From Rebecca billardiae RCC1528 (lineage: Eukaryota > Protista > Haptophyta): 64,000 nt of DNA. A program made the translations under genes and the position numbers. The stretch spans positions 4,049,910 to 4,113,909 of the forward strand of contig OZ251225.1 of assembly GCA_965240325.2 (NCBI GenBank), written 5' to 3'. The notes beneath the pieces were generated by a model. The model saw only the letters and a program-made list of their open reading frames with translations, was not told the origin of the DNA and did no database searches. Numbering within the stretch: position 1 is the first letter of the stretch; every line of letters begins with the position of its first letter. This document shows positions 1-12,642 of the stretch, in pieces.

Positions 1-158
1 TACGTCGATCACGACCCGGCGGACGAGCATATATGCTGCCCGCCGGCCCTGATGCCGCCGGCGCAGCCCTGCTGACGGTAGTCACCATGCTACGGCGCCG
101 TATACTCGTATATATAGAGTCCGAGTATATTAATATATAATTAATATACATGCAGTAC

Positions 159-159
<1 letters not shown>

Positions 160-213
<54 letters not shown>
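160..213. repeat. (CA)n microsatellite
   Basis: Perfect CA dinucleotide run, seen directly. Confidence 0.95.
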
Positions 214-220
<7 letters not shown>

Positions 221-1238
221 GCGCGCTCGGCCTGCCTGCCTGCGAGCCTCCATGGATGCGTGCGCGTGGGGCCGGGTTCTGCCACCGTTCATTGCCAACA
301 GCAACTGGGCACGGACCTGCGACGAGGCATGCCGCCTTTCCCCACGCGCCCTTCAGGTTGTCCCGGCTCAGCCGGTCGCTTCGGCGGCCGACGGGCCCTC
401 GGCCGGCTCCCCCTTCCCGGGGACTCGGTGGGGCACCGCCAGGAGTGTCTCGCGGCGGGCGGGCCGAGCGCGCGGGTCGCCAGCTGACCCCGCGACGTTC
501 GATTCGACTGCTCTGCGCTGGCACGTGCACGCGGAGATCAACCACACGCAGCGGGTCCGGGATAGGCACTGGCACCCTCTTTCTCCAGCCGGCCGCCGGC
601 TGCATCGCCTCGGGGGGCGATGCAGCAGGTGGACGCCGCTGCACCCATCTGGCCCTTGGCGCTGGCCTCCTCCGTGCCCCACGCTCCACCCTAGGTGGGG
701 CAGGGGGTGCGGGGTGTGACGCGCCCGGAGGCCAGGTTCCCCAGCATCAAGCACTGCATCTGCAGCAGCCCGCCGGCGGGCCGGGCTGCGACATCGACTA
801 CCACCTCATCTGCTTCATCGCCCAGAGCGCGCTAGGCGGCGCGCTCACTCTCCGAGCCCCTCTTCTGCAGCTGCGCGCCGCTTGGCCGGCGCGCGGCGAC
901 GCGTACTACGACCTCATCCTCATCCAGGCGCCCACACGGGCGCACGGGGGCGACAGCCGCGGCTGCCGCTTGCCGGAGCTGCTCGCCGCTAGGTCGGCGG
1001 GCGGCGACATCGACTACGACCTCACCCTCATCCAAGTGCTCCGGAAGGCGCTCGGCCGCGGCGGCATCTGCCGTCGCCGCCGCGTGCCCCAGGCCGAGGC
1101 GGTGCTCCATCCCGGCCCCGCTCCCGTAGGGGGGCAGGGCTGCGGGTGGCGCACTGTCTGACCTGGACGGAAGGCGCGGACGCATTCTATGTGTCTGTTG
1201 CACTCTGAGCCTGACGCTTGTCGGATGCTGCCACGTCG

Positions 1239-1239
<1 letters not shown>

Positions 1240-1325
<86 letters not shown>
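1240..1325. repeat. (TA)n microsatellite
   Basis: Perfect TA dinucleotide run, seen directly. Confidence 0.95.
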
Positions 1326-1332
<7 letters not shown>

Positions 1333-1434
1333 TACAGTGAACAAAAACGGGACGACGAATATCATCGCGTTACCGTACGATTCGAGGAATAATAGCTTAC
1401 GTACAAGCAGCAGCAGCATCCGCCGGTCCGAACC

Positions 1435-2949
1435 TCAGTTGCCGCCGCCGCGCTCGGCGTCGTCGCGCATGAGCACGGCGCTCGATCGCCGGCGCTGAGC
1501 GCCGCCGCCGAGCACCGAGCCGGCGGCGGCGCCGCCCTCCGCGTCCGCGTCCGCGGGCGGCGCGGGCGCGCGCTCCTCCTCCTGCGCGCGCTCCACGTTG
1601 ACCACGTTGCCGAACGAGGCCATCTGCGCGGCCGAGGCCCACATGTTGCGCATCAGCCGCAGCACGCCCTGCGCACAGCAGGGGGAGGGCGGGGCGCCGC
1701 GCGCGGGCGGTGAGCGCGGCGTGCGCGGCGCGTGCGCGGCGGGCGTGGCGCGCGCGCGCGCACCTCGGTCGTGCGCGTGCACTCGCCCCTCGCGCGCGCC
1801 AGCCGCTCCTCGTCCACCGAGGCCGGGTAGATGCACGGGAAGTACGGGCCCTGCAGCTTGTCGCCGTCCTTGAACGAGTGAGAGCCCAGGTCGGAGAAGA
1901 GCGCGCGGCCCTCGCCGCGGTACGGCGCGTCGCCCACGATGACGGTGCCGCCGAGCACGCGGCGCAGCCGCTTGCCCCAGTCCTGCGAGGCGGGCCCGTC
2001 GATCTTGTGGATGGAGCGCGGGTGCCACACGATCAGATCGCCCGCCTTGGGGCGGAACTCGAGCAGCTCGGGGTAGCGCGGCAGGTCGCCCTGCGTGCGG
2101 TCGACGAAGACGACGTCGTCCTCCACCGACTCGTTCTCGTGCGAGCCCTTGAGGTACACGGGCGCGCCGTGGTCGGGCGGCGTGTCGTCGAGCGTCACCC
2201 AGAAGCGCAGCCCGTGCTCGTGCGCCACCGGCCCGTTCTGGTTGTCCTGGTGCCACTTGAACTGCACGCGCGGGGCGGGGGGGCGCGCGGGGCGGGGGGA
2301 GGCGGCGCGCGTGAGGGCGCTGCGCTGCGCTGCGCTGCGTTGCGCTGCGTTGCGCTGCGCTGCGTGCGCGCACCCCCTTGTTCGGGTTGACCATCAGCAG
2401 GTCGGTGGAGAGGCGGATCTCGTCCGTGCCAGACAGCTGCGCGAGCGCGGACGCGAGCGGCGAGTGGTAGTAGAAGTTGGCGTACGCCGAGTTGGTCGAC
2501 CACACGTTGCGCTGGATGTAGTCGTACAGCCCCGACGCCACGCCGGGCGACGCCCACATGTGCGGGTGCTCGATCTGCCAGCTCGTCGCCTGCCGCAGGT
2601 ACTCGAGCCACTCAGCGCTCAGCAGCCCCGGGATGTGCACCACGCCGTCGCGGATCAGCGTCTCGCGCTGCGCGGCGCCGATGCCGTGGAAGGGCTCGGG
2701 CGGCGCGTCGGGCGACGGGCTGCCGGGCACGGCGAGCTCCGGCTCCTGCAGCCCGAAGCCGTACTCGAGCAGGTTGGTCGAGAGCTTCATGCACGCCGGC
2801 GCGCGCGCGGCCGCGCGCGCCGCGCGCCGCGCCGGCGCGAGCGCGCCGCGGCCCGCGGCCGGCGCGGCGGCGCGCGTGGGGGCCATGGCGGCGCTCGGCG
2901 TGGCGGAGAGCACCGTCGCGAGCGCGAGCACGGTCAGCATCGCCCCCAT
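1435..2949 (-). CDS. Phytanoyl-CoA dioxygenase (PhyH)-family 2OG-Fe(II) oxygenase, 3 exons (approx. 2949-2374, 2261-1764, 1668-1435), N-terminal signal/plastid-type presequence
   Basis: Splicing two GT-AG introns joins 'RETLIRDGVVHIPGLLS', 'NKG|FKWHQD' (HxD), 'FWVTLDD...HGAPVYLKGSH' and 'KAGDLIVWHPRSIH' (distal His). The N-terminus is hydrophobic. Confidence 0.85.
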   Translation of the reverse strand: MGAMLTVLALATVLSATPSAAMAPTRAAAPAAGRGALAPARRAARAAARAPACMKLSTNLLEYGFGLQEPELAVPGSPSPDAPPEPFHGIGAAQRETLIRDGVVHIPGLLSAEWLEYLRQATSWQIEHPHMWASPGVASGLYDYIQRNVWSTNSAYANFYYHSPLASALAQLSGTDEIRLSTDLLMVNPNKGVRARSAAQRSATQRSAAQRPHARRLPPPRAPPRPARAVQVAPGQPERAGGARARAALLGDARRHAARPRRARVPQGLARERVGGGRRRLRRPHAGRPAALPRAARVPPQGGRSDRVAPALHPQDRRARLAGLGQAAAPRARRHRHRGRRAVPRRGPRALLRPGLSLVQGRRQAAGPVLPVHLPGLGGRGAAGAREGRVHAHDRGARARATPAAHAPRTPRSPPARGAPPSPCCAQGVLRLMRNMWASAAQMASFGNVVNVERAQEEERAPAPPADADAEGGAAAGSVLGGGAQRRRSSAVLMRDDAERGGGN

Positions 2950-3524
2950 CCCGCCGCGTGTGCGCGTGGCTTGCGCGCGGCCGCGAATCTGTCGGTGGCC
3001 GCCCTCGTCCCGTCCGGGTGCCGCACCAGAGCACCCCTTTGCTTTGGGCGAAATTAACGTCGACCCAAAATCTCATCAATTAGTCGCCGAAGCGTGACGG
3101 GAACTTTGAGGGATCGCGCGGCTTTCATGCAAAACGTTCCGAATAGTCGGCAGGCGCGCGCGGGCAAAGATTCTCATCAAGATCCGCATGATTCCCCTGC
3201 CGCACTGGAGTGTAATACAGCATGATTATGAGCAGAAAAACGGGCGGCGTATGTAGTTCGCCGTCTGATGCGGGTCACTCGATGTGACCGACCGCGCGCG
3301 GCCCCGTGACCCGACCGCGCGGGTCACAGAGCAAGGCTGCGCCCCGCAGGCGAAGGAACAAGCTATACACTCCTCTCGTAGCATTCATGCACATGTGTCA
3401 TGCGCGTCGTCAATGTCAATACTGTCAGACACTCCCACCCGCGCCGGCGCGGCACAGCGCACGCCCCGTAAGCGTCGGACGCGGCGCCGTCCCGCCCGCC
3501 GGCGCGGGCCGCCACCGTGCGCGC

Positions 3525-4142
3525 TTAGTTGAACGGCACCGGCGAGCCGAGGAGCGAGTTGATGATGTACGGGTTGCCGTCGAGCTTCTCGTGCACCATC
3601 AGCGCGAGGATGCCCATCTGCGCCGCGCGGCCGTTGTTCAGCTCGATCGCGCGCTTCTGCAGCTTGGTCTCCTCGTCGAACGAGTCCCAGCCAAAGTCGA
3701 GCGCGCCGTTGCGGAAGTCACCGACGAACTCGCCGTCGCCGAGGTCCTTCATGACGGCGAGCTCGAGGAAGCCGACGAACGCGAAGATCTGCGCGAGGCC
3801 CGCCGCCGGCACGACCGAGAGCGCCGCCAGGCCGTTGGGCACGTCAGCGAACGGCAGGCCGTACGCGAGCTCGCCCGGGAGGCGGATGCCGGCCGACGTC
3901 ACGACGTGGCCGAGCACGGCGAGCATGCAGATGCGGCCGTGCTTGATCTCGACGAAGCGGAGGCGGTCGAAGCGCTCCTGGTCCGCGCCGTCGAGGAGGT
4001 TGAGCGGGTCGATGAAGCCGAGGGGCGGCTGCGCGCCGAGCTCCGACTCGAAGCCCATCGACACCGCCGCGCGCGACGCCGAGGGCGCGCGCATGGCCGG
4101 GCCGTTGAAGGCGAGGGCGGACACGAGGATCTGGGCGAACAT
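3525..4142 (-). CDS. Light-harvesting complex protein (fucoxanthin-chlorophyll a/c binding, Lhcf-like), 205 aa
   Basis: Presequence MFAQILVSALAF; motifs 'GAQPPLGFIDPL', 'EIKHGRICMLA', 'ELNNGRAAQMG'. True ATG at 4142, with a probable 5'-UTR intron upstream. Confidence 0.95.
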   Translation of the reverse strand: MFAQILVSALAFNGPAMRAPSASRAAVSMGFESELGAQPPLGFIDPLNLLDGADQERFDRLRFVEIKHGRICMLAVLGHVVTSAGIRLPGELAYGLPFADVPNGLAALSVVPAAGLAQIFAFVGFLELAVMKDLGDGEFVGDFRNGALDFGWDSFDEETKLQKRAIELNNGRAAQMGILALMVHEKLDGNPYIINSLLGSPVPFN

Positions 4143-5701
4143 GACTACTGTGGAGCGCCGGGGGGCGAGGCGGGCGCCGCGGCGGTCAGCGCGGCGGCGC
4201 GGCGCGCGTCGGAGCGGGCGGCGCGCGGGGCGGGCGCGGCGGCGGCACGCACCGAGAGGGGTTTGGATGCTCGTGCGACGGATCGGTCCGAGGCCCAAAT
4301 TGACGGCCTTAAATTTCACGCGGCGCCAATTTGCCGATGCGCGAGTCCGGGCGTGGACGTAACCCGCAAGACCGAGCGTCCGGGGCGGCGCGAGGCGGTG
4401 CCTCCGCCGCAGCGCGATGCGCGCCCGCGCCCGGCCGCCGGCCCTCTCTGCCGGCGCTGCTCGCGGGCGGACGCCGCCGTGGGCGCGCCGCCCCGGACCA
4501 GCGCGGCCGCACTGTGCAAGCGCGGGGCCGTACGCGCGCGCGCGCCGTGTTGCAGCGCGCCGACGGGTCGAGCCGTCGTCGCGTGCGACGGTGTGCGGCA
4601 GCGGCACCCATCGCCTTTGCCTCCCACCGCCGAGCGCTGCGGCGGTGGTCGTGTGCCCCAGGTGACGCCCGCGTTGCCCCGGAGCCGCGCGGCGCCGGCG
4701 GCGGGAGACGCGGGGTTCAAGCAGCCAGCCAGCTCCTCCGCATCCGATCTCAGCGGCACGGCTCGAGCGTGGCCCGATACTCGGAGCAGACCGCGGCGGG
4801 CCGCGCTCGGTCCGCGTCGTGCACGTGTCGGGAGTGCCACGCCGCAGCCGTTGGGCGCGGGGCGCAGGCGCCGCTGCTCCCGTCCCGGAGCGGGGCCGCC
4901 CGCGTGCGCCGCAAGGTGGCAGCACACGGCATCATGGTCGCCTCGCGAGCCGCAGGCCGCCCCAGCCCCGCCGCCCCGCGTGGCTGGGCTCGCCGGGCCG
5001 GCCGTGCGGCCCGGCCATCGCGACTGTGCGCATGCCGCCGCCTCCCGGAGACCCTGCAGCGGCCCGGTGCGCCGATAGGCGGCGAGATCCCGGCGGACGT
5101 GGGCCGGCGCGCGCGGGCAGGAAGAGCGCATCCGCGGCCCGCACGGCGCGCGCCCTTGCCGGGCCGTGTGGTCACCACTCGACTCTGCACTGCTCGGCCG
5201 GAGTGGCCGGGACCGCTGACCCGCGGGGCCACGGGCGCGGCACACGGCCGCGCACTGGCCGACCCGGGGCACCCTCGCCGCGGAATCATCTGATCTGGTA
5301 TGAGGATCATCATCATCGTCGTCCGCCCGAGCACTACTTGGGTCCGTCACTCACGGTGCCTGGGGCTCGAAGGCCGCAAGTGCGCTCCGACGCGCGGCGG
5401 TCCGCCGGTGGCGGGTGGGGTGCTGCAGACTCAGACTCAGAGAGTCTAGAATGAGGCTGCTGAGGGTGAGGGAGGCTTTGCAGCAGCGGCAGACGGGCCA
5501 TGGACGGCCAGCGCGGGCCGACCAGCCGACATTGTCGCCCCCGAGCGATCGGCTCGACTCTCTAGATGGGTCGTATCAGTGGATTCAAACAACGACAGGG
5601 TCGACCGGCGCCGTCACGATTCAGTACTACCAGACTCGATCGTCGCTACCCCATCAAATGCACGCATGAGCGGCCGACCGTTGCGGCAGCAGGCTGGACG
5701 C

Positions 5702-6286
5702 TTAGTTGTAGAGGAAGGGGAGGCCCGTGAGCAGGTTGTTGAGGCCGTCGAAGCCCGGCTGCACGAAGTTCTGCGAGTCGTGGCGGAGCAGCTCGAGGAT
5801 CGCGAGCATCGCGAGGCGGCCGTGCTGCAGCTCCTGCAGCGAGCGCTTCTCGAGCTCCGCCGCGTCCAGGTCCGGGATGCCAACCTCCTCGAACTTGAGG
5901 AAGCCGTACACGTCGACCGCGCCGACGAGGAAGAAGATCTGCGCCCAGCCGAGCGACGGGACCACGTCGATCGCCGCCACGCCGTTCGGGATGTCCGCGA
6001 ACTTAAGGCCCGGCGCGATCTCGCCCGGGAAGCGGTACACCTCCTGCACGACGTAGCCCACCACGGCGAGCTGCGCGACGCGGCCGTGCTTGAGCTCGCA
6101 CGTGCGGTACTGCTCGAAGGTCGCCTCGTCGATGTTCCGCGTCAGGTCCGCCGGGTCCCAGAACCCCGTCGGCTGGATCACACCCAGCTCCTTCGACGCA
6201 TCGAACATCTGCACGCGCGACGACGCCGGGCGCATGAGCGCCGGGCCGTTGAAGGCGAGGGCCGAGACGAGGAGCTGCGCGAACAT
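5702..6286 (-). CDS. Light-harvesting complex protein (chlorophyll a/c binding), 194 aa
   Basis: Motifs 'GFWDPADL', 'ELKHGRVAQLA', 'ELQHGRLAMLA'. Presequence nearly identical to that of the neighbouring LHC. Confidence 0.95.
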   Translation of the reverse strand: MFAQLLVSALAFNGPALMRPASSRVQMFDASKELGVIQPTGFWDPADLTRNIDEATFEQYRTCELKHGRVAQLAVVGYVVQEVYRFPGEIAPGLKFADIPNGVAAIDVVPSLGWAQIFFLVGAVDVYGFLKFEEVGIPDLDAAELEKRSLQELQHGRLAMLAILELLRHDSQNFVQPGFDGLNNLLTGLPFLYN

Positions 6287-9188
6287 GGCTACGACGGTGT
6301 CTGCGCGGCGCCGAGCGTCGCGCGGGGCGCGGCCCGATCAGCGGCGGCGCGGCGGGCGCGCCGAGCGCGCGGCGGCGGCGGCGACAAGGTCGTGGCGGTC
6401 GGCGAGCGAGCGCGCACCCTTTGTGCGATGCGGCCGATACTCGCGATGCGTGCGCGCCCCTTGCGGCGGCGGCGGCGATCCGGAACCAAGCCGCAATTAA
6501 GATTTACGCGCGCGCTCCCGCGAGCCGGATCGAGACTCGGAGAGCGCGATGAAACGGCGCAGAGCTACCCGGCGGATTACCCGCGCCGAAAGGGCGAGAA
6601 AGGGAGCCGCGTCCGGTGCCGTCGCGTCGGGCCGCGCCGTCACGTCCATTCAAGGAGCGCGTGCGCGGCCCACGAGCTTGCGGGTGCCCCCGAGCTGCGG
6701 GTGCCCGTGGGCACTCTGCGCACGGCAGAGGCGGCACGCGGCGTAGAGTGGCCCGCGTCGCACGCCCCTTGGCAGGTGTTGGCCCGACTGTCAATGCTGG
6801 GAGGCGCTGGGCCCGAGGAGGCAACCTCGGGTTGGGCCCGGGTGACCGGCGTGGGCAAGCGCCGCGCGACTGCGACCGTGGCGCTCGCCGTCCACCGCGG
6901 GGATTGCAGTACGGATGGAGCAGCAGTCGTCGTAGTGGCGGCATGTCACTCCCAATACGGTCACCGGCGCCAACGGCGCGCCACAGCGGCCGGCTGTGGC
7001 CTTGGAGCCGGACCCCTTCCGTGTACGTAGTACGAGTAGGCAGCACTCTTTGCTGCGAGTGACGTCCTCGCAGCGCTGAGGTCCACTGTCTGGTGCTGCC
7101 CAGCAGGCGGGGCGGCCGCCCGGGCCGGCCGTCGGCGCACACGCTGTGTCGAGGCCAGTGCGGGCTACCACTCCGGGCGGCGGAGTCGGCTCGCGAGCTG
7201 TGTGTGTGGCGGCGGTGGGCCGACGGGCGCGGGGCGGACCGGGCCGGTGCCACAAAGGCCGGCCAGGCTGGTCGGTCAGCTGCTCGAAGACGGCCAGCGG
7301 GCCTACAGCGCCAGCGGGCCACCGGCACTGGGGCCGCCTCTGGACGCCCGCGGTCCCCGTCCGGCGGACGGACGGTCCCAGACCGGCGGTTGGCAGGCGC
7401 CCCATGAGTGAGGCGGTAGTCGCCACGGCAGTATACTGTAGTATGTATCTGGCGGCTCACCAGGCAACGCTTAGAACTCATGCGGCTGCTGCTGCACTGA
7501 TCTAGCTCGTCAAGTGATGACACTGCGAGTACGATCTGCATGCACGACGACCGCCGTGGACTGCACGACAGAGCGACGCAGCAGACCGGGCGCGGTCTGG
7601 ATGATCGTCATCGAGCGGTGGCGGTCCCCGGCGAATCCGCCTCGCCGCTCGCGGCGGCGTGCCTGCTGTCTCAGCGGCCAGGCACCAGGCCCACTTGGAT
7701 CTCCGCCGGGACTTCTGACGTACCGACGTACCGGGTCGGCAGGCGCACGGGCCGCAGGCGCCATCCGCGCGTGCTGCTTGGCAGCGTGAGCGTGCAGCCT
7801 GGAGGAGCTGCTGCTCGTCCTCGGGCGCTACTCTATCTACTGACGGCTGAGGCCGAGCCGCTCGCAATCGCATCACTGGCGAGTTGTATCTCTACTGCCG
7901 TCACTGTGACCGTGCTCCGCAGCACAGCTGCCCGGCCCCGGCACGCAAATCCGATTCCGGCCGGGTGCCAGAGTCACACGGCTGATGCACGTCCGCCCGA
8001 GCAGCGGCCGTTCCGCGCCCCGCCGGCGCCCCGCGCCCGCCGCCGACCGCGCCGGGCGACCGGGCGGCGGGCCGGCCCCGGCGGGCCCGCCCCACCATCA
8101 TTCGGATGATCGAATTATTCAGCGCATCGATCATGCAGACGGAATTTATAATATCACTACGTCGCGCCTGCGGCTGATCGAGACTAGTCGTTATATAGCT
8201 GATGAATATAATATATATATATATAATTCATATTTAATTAATACTATATTTTAATGCGGCACTGTGATGATCATGATGATGATGATGCAATTTGAATTTA
8301 TTATAATATATATTGGATTGACCGGTCGTGGCACGTTGGCCCAATCACGCAATCGGGCCAGAGTCACGCGATTCATATTTCAGTCATACTCGGTTAGATA
8401 TATTCATTAGTATAATAATAACTAGATTAATCATCGCCATCGGTCTCGGACTGAAATGGACGAATAAATAATTTAATTTAATAATGATGATGGATCGGTC
8501 CCCTTGTGATCTGGGCGCGGGCCGCGGCATGAATCGATCGACGCGCGCCGTACGGCCGCAGCACATGACACATCACGCGCATCATCATATCATGATGACG
8601 CAGCATCACTGTTCTAAAGACGATGCGGCGATGCTGGTGCGCCACTGAGCCTGAGGCTCAGTGATTGATGAGGCTCAGTGACTCTCTGTCAGTCAACGTC
8701 ACGACTGCGCCCGCACAAAGATCTGCATTCGAAGATCCGGCATCTGCCCGCCGCTGCGAGCGTGCCACCGGGGGACAAGCGGCAGGGCGGCGCCGTCCGG
8801 CGAGCGAGACGTCCCCAATGACCAGGCCTCGCCTTGGCCCCGTCACGGCCAACCCGCCCGAAGACCGACGCGCTGCCAGCTCGCGCGGCCGGCCGGCCGG
8901 CCGGCCGCGCCGCGCCCAGCTCGTGCGCCGCCATCGACGCGGCGCGCTCAGCCAGCCGCACCAGGCGGAGCGCGGGCGCGCCGGCGCCAGCGGGCACGCC
9001 GAGGCGCGGCGTCGCTTCCACTGACTCGAGCGGCCGCAGCGCACCGCGCGCGCGCCGCTCGCCCGCGCCCAGAGCCGCTCGAGCCGCCAGGCTTGGTGCG
9101 CCGCAGCGTGATGGCCGCCGCCGTGCCCTCGCCCGCGCGAGGCGCGGCGGCCATCGCGCCCGAGGACGGGCGCCCTGCGGCCCGCGGC

Positions 9189-9665
9189 CTAGATGGCCTT
9201 ACCCGACGCGGTGTACGCCTTGGTCCACAAGCGCTCGACCGCGGCGTCGCCCTCGCCGTTCGCCCGCACAAACCCCGAGAGCGCGATGGTCGTGCAGTCG
9301 CCCGTGAACACGCCGTTGGCGTCTGCGCGCACGCGCGCGCGCGGCGGCGGCGCGGCCGCGGAGCGTCGGCACGGCTGGCGTCCAGGCGGGCGGCGTGGGC
9401 GCGCGCGCGCGCGCGCGCGCTGGAGGGGGCGCGGCTCACGCACCGACGTGGCCGATGTTGAGCTGCACGCTTGCCCGGTCCTTTGCGTGGATGAGCCGGT
9501 TGGTCGCCGAGCTGCGCGGCGCGCGGCCGAGGGGGCAGGCGCACGTGAGCGGCCGGCGGGCGGGCTGGCAAGGTGGCGATCGACGCGCCCGCGCCGAGCG
9601 AGACGCGCCGCGCACCACTTGCGCGGGATGTACAGGTCGACGTTCTGCCCCTCGTTGTTGATCAT
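9189..9665 (-). CDS. RPS21: 40S ribosomal protein S21 (eS21), 3 exons
   Basis: Spliced product [47 protein letters not shown]...[19 protein letters not shown] matches the eS21 consensus. GC-rich GT-AG introns. Confidence 0.95.
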   Translation of the reverse strand: MINNEGQNVDLYIPRKWCAARLARRGRVDRHLASPPAGRSRAPAPSAARRAARRPTGSSTQRTGQACSSTSATSVREPRPLQRARARARPRRPPGRQPCRRSAAAPPPRARVRADANGVFTGDCTTIALSGFVRANGEGDAAVERLWTKAYTASGKAI

Positions 9666-10048
9666 GGCGCCCTCGCGAGTCCCGCTGGCTGCGTGGTACG
9701 TCGATCGGGCCGGACCGCCGGCGGCACGCCCGGACAGGCCGTTCGACCAGCGATGGCGGACGACGTTACTATCGTAACTGCTGATTATAACTTGGGTTGA
9801 TGGCACTAACTACTTACAGCATCGCCGCGCTTGGGAGTTTGCCCAGCGTTGGGGCAGACTCGGCGCAGCGCGGGGGCGATCTCGACGCGGGGGCAACGTC
9901 CAGGCAGCATCGCGACCGCTCCCGACCAGAAGCCCAGGCTGGGCAGCAGCCGCGCCCTCGGACAGTGACACGGCCCGGTCAGCCGCCAGCGGCAACATGC
10001 CGGAGCCCCCGGGACACCGCGCCGCGCCGGCAAGACGTGCCGGCGGCC

Positions 10049-11277
10049 TCAGCCGTCCGCCTTGAGCCGGCTGGCGCGCTCAATGGCGTCGGCCTCGCGC
10101 AGCAGCGGCCCGTACTTCTTGCGCATGTCGCTGTCCACCGCGCCGCCCTTGGTGAGCAGCCCTTTGAGCTCGACGAGGCACGCCTGCGCCCAGCAGCAGT
10201 GCACAGCGCAGAGGGCGCGCGCGCGCGCACGGCTCAGCGCGCGCGCGAGGGCGCGAGCGCGCGGCGCGGCTGGGCGCGCGCGCGCACCCGCGCGTCGATC
10301 TCGGGCAGCGGCGCGGGCGCCGAGGGCAGCGCGCTCGGCGTGCACGGCTTGGGCGGCAGGTGCGCCGCCTTGTGCGTCGCCCAGTCCTCCGAGCCCATCA
10401 CGCCGCACACAAACGCGCCCGCGCCCTCCACGCAGTCCACGTCGAGCGAGCCGGCGTGCACGCGGCAGAAGTGCAGCACGCGCGGCACGATGGAGTGGCG
10501 CTTGAGCAGGTCCGTCACGCGCGCCTCGTCCAGCGCGTCCAGCTGCTTCACCATCGACGCGAGGTACAGAGGCACGGCGCTCTCCTGCGTGCGGTTCAGC
10601 TCGAGCGAGCCGACCGCGCACGCGCTCGCGGCGTCGAGCACCTCGGCCGCGTGCTCGAGCAGCTCGGGCATGTCGATGGTCTGCAGCGGCTCGACGTGCT
10701 CGAACGCGCACTGCCACGCGCGGCGGCGCGGTTCAAAACGGCCGCTCAGCGCGCGCGCGCGCGCGCGCGAGCGGCGGGCGCGCGGCGCGAGCGGCGCGCG
10801 CGCGCGCGCTCCGCGCCGCACCTTGAGCAGCACGGAGAGCGACTGCTCGAAGACGAGGCAGCGCGCCCCGAGCGCCTTGGCGTCCATGCCCGCGCGCGAG
10901 GCCACCGCCGCCGTCGAGCTCTCGCCGTCGCCGCTCGCGTCCGCGCTGGCGAGCGCGCGCTGCGCCGCCTTGTACTCGTGCATCAGCCTGAGGCAGAGGT
11001 TGAGCTTGCCCTCCTCGAGCAGGAAGCGGACGGTGAGCTCCTCGCCCTCCCACAGCGTCGTCGCCGAGTCCTGCTCGCGCGGCAGCCGGTGCTCCATCAT
11101 CGCGATGTTGGAGATGTGCAGCAGCGAGTCGACCATCGCGAGCCACTCCTTGCTGTGCGCGCGGTGCGAGTCGAGCTTGCGCACGTGCTTGCGCAGGTCG
11201 ACCGCGAGCTTGCGCGAGAGGTCGTCGAGGGACGAGCCGTCGGCGCTCGCCTCGTACTGCGGCTTGCGGCTGAACAT
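10049..11277 (-). CDS. Hypothetical alpha-helical protein with about 2 introns
   Basis: Coding-like sequence from MFSRKPQYEA to ...ERASRLKADG*, interrupted by two GCGC-rich intron-like stretches (approx. 10820-10715 and 10290-10185). Family not recognised. Confidence 0.7.
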
Positions 11278-11474
11278 CGCGCGCCCACCGCGCCGCGCGC
11301 GCGCCGACGAGCACGCGCTCCGCGCCGCTCCCGGCGCGCGTCTGGAGGAGGCCTCCTCCCTACCGCGCGCGCAGCGAGGCACTGGTCCGAGGGGCGGGCT
11401 GGGCTCTCTGTGGATCCGGGCGGCCCTCGCCGCCGGACGCGCCACGCAGCTTTTGGCCGGCCGACGCGAGAGCG

Positions 11475-12611
11475 ATGGGGCCAAACAGGCACGGCCGCGC
11501 GCTGCTCGCGCTCGTCGCGCTGCTCGCGGGCGCGCGCGGCGCGGGCGGGGCGGTGCACCCGCTCCGCCTCCGCGCGGCCGTGCACGCGCCGCGCGCGCGC
11601 GCCGTCTGCTCCGACGCGCCGCGCCCCGCGCCGCCGGGCGCGCGGCGGCACACGGACGAGTCGCGCGCCAAGATCTCCGCGGCCAACAAGGGGAAGACGC
11701 CGTGGAACGCGGGGCGGCGGCACTCGGCCGAGACGATCGCGCTCATCCGCGTGCGCACGGCGGAGGCCATGGCCGCGCGCCGCCGCGAGCGCGACGCGTG
11801 GCTCGCCGCGCACCCCGAGGAGGCGGCCGCGCTCGCGGCGCGCGCCGAGGAGAAGCGCCAGGCGCGGCTCGAGACGCAGCGCCAGCAGCGCGCCGCCGCG
11901 CGCGCGGAGCGCGCGGCGCGGCGCGAGGCGGAGAAGGCGGCGCGCGCCGCCGCGCGCGCCGCCGCCGCCGCGCGCGGCGAGCCGCTCCCGCCGCCCTCGC
12001 CCTCGCCGCGGCGCGCGCGCGCGCCGCGGCCGCCGCCCTCGCCCGAGGTGCGCGCGCGCATCGCCGCGACGCTGCGCGAGCGCTGGCTCGACCCCGCGTA
12101 CCGCGCGGCGCGCGGGCAGCCCGCGCTGTCCAACGCGACGCGCGCCAAGCTCTCAAGCGCGATGAAGGCGCGCTGGGCCAACCGCACCGCCCTGGCGCCC
12201 GCGCAGGGCGGCGCGGGCCGCGCGCACTCGGCGGAGCGCAGGGTGCGGCGCGGCGCGGCGCCGCGCCGCGCGCGCCGCCGCGCGCGCCGCGCGCGCGGGC
12301 TGGCTCGTCACGCGCCCGCCCGCTCGCGCCGCGCCGCGCGCGCGCAGGCGAAGATCGCCGCGTCGGTGCGCGCGCGCTGGCAGGACGAGGGCTACCGCAA
12401 CCGCACGCTCTCGGCGATACGCGAGGCGGCCGCGCTGCGCAGCCCGCGCGCAAAGCGCACCGCGCAGCAGCAGCGCCCCGACCGCACGGGCGCCGCGCCT
12501 CGGCGCGCGCGCGCGGAGCGCGCGCCGCGCGCGCCGCGCGCGCGCGCGTCGTCGCGCGCGCCCAAGCTGGGCGCGCACGGCCTCGCCACCGCCGCGCCGC
12601 CGCCCGGCGCC

Positions 12612-12642
<31 letters not shown>

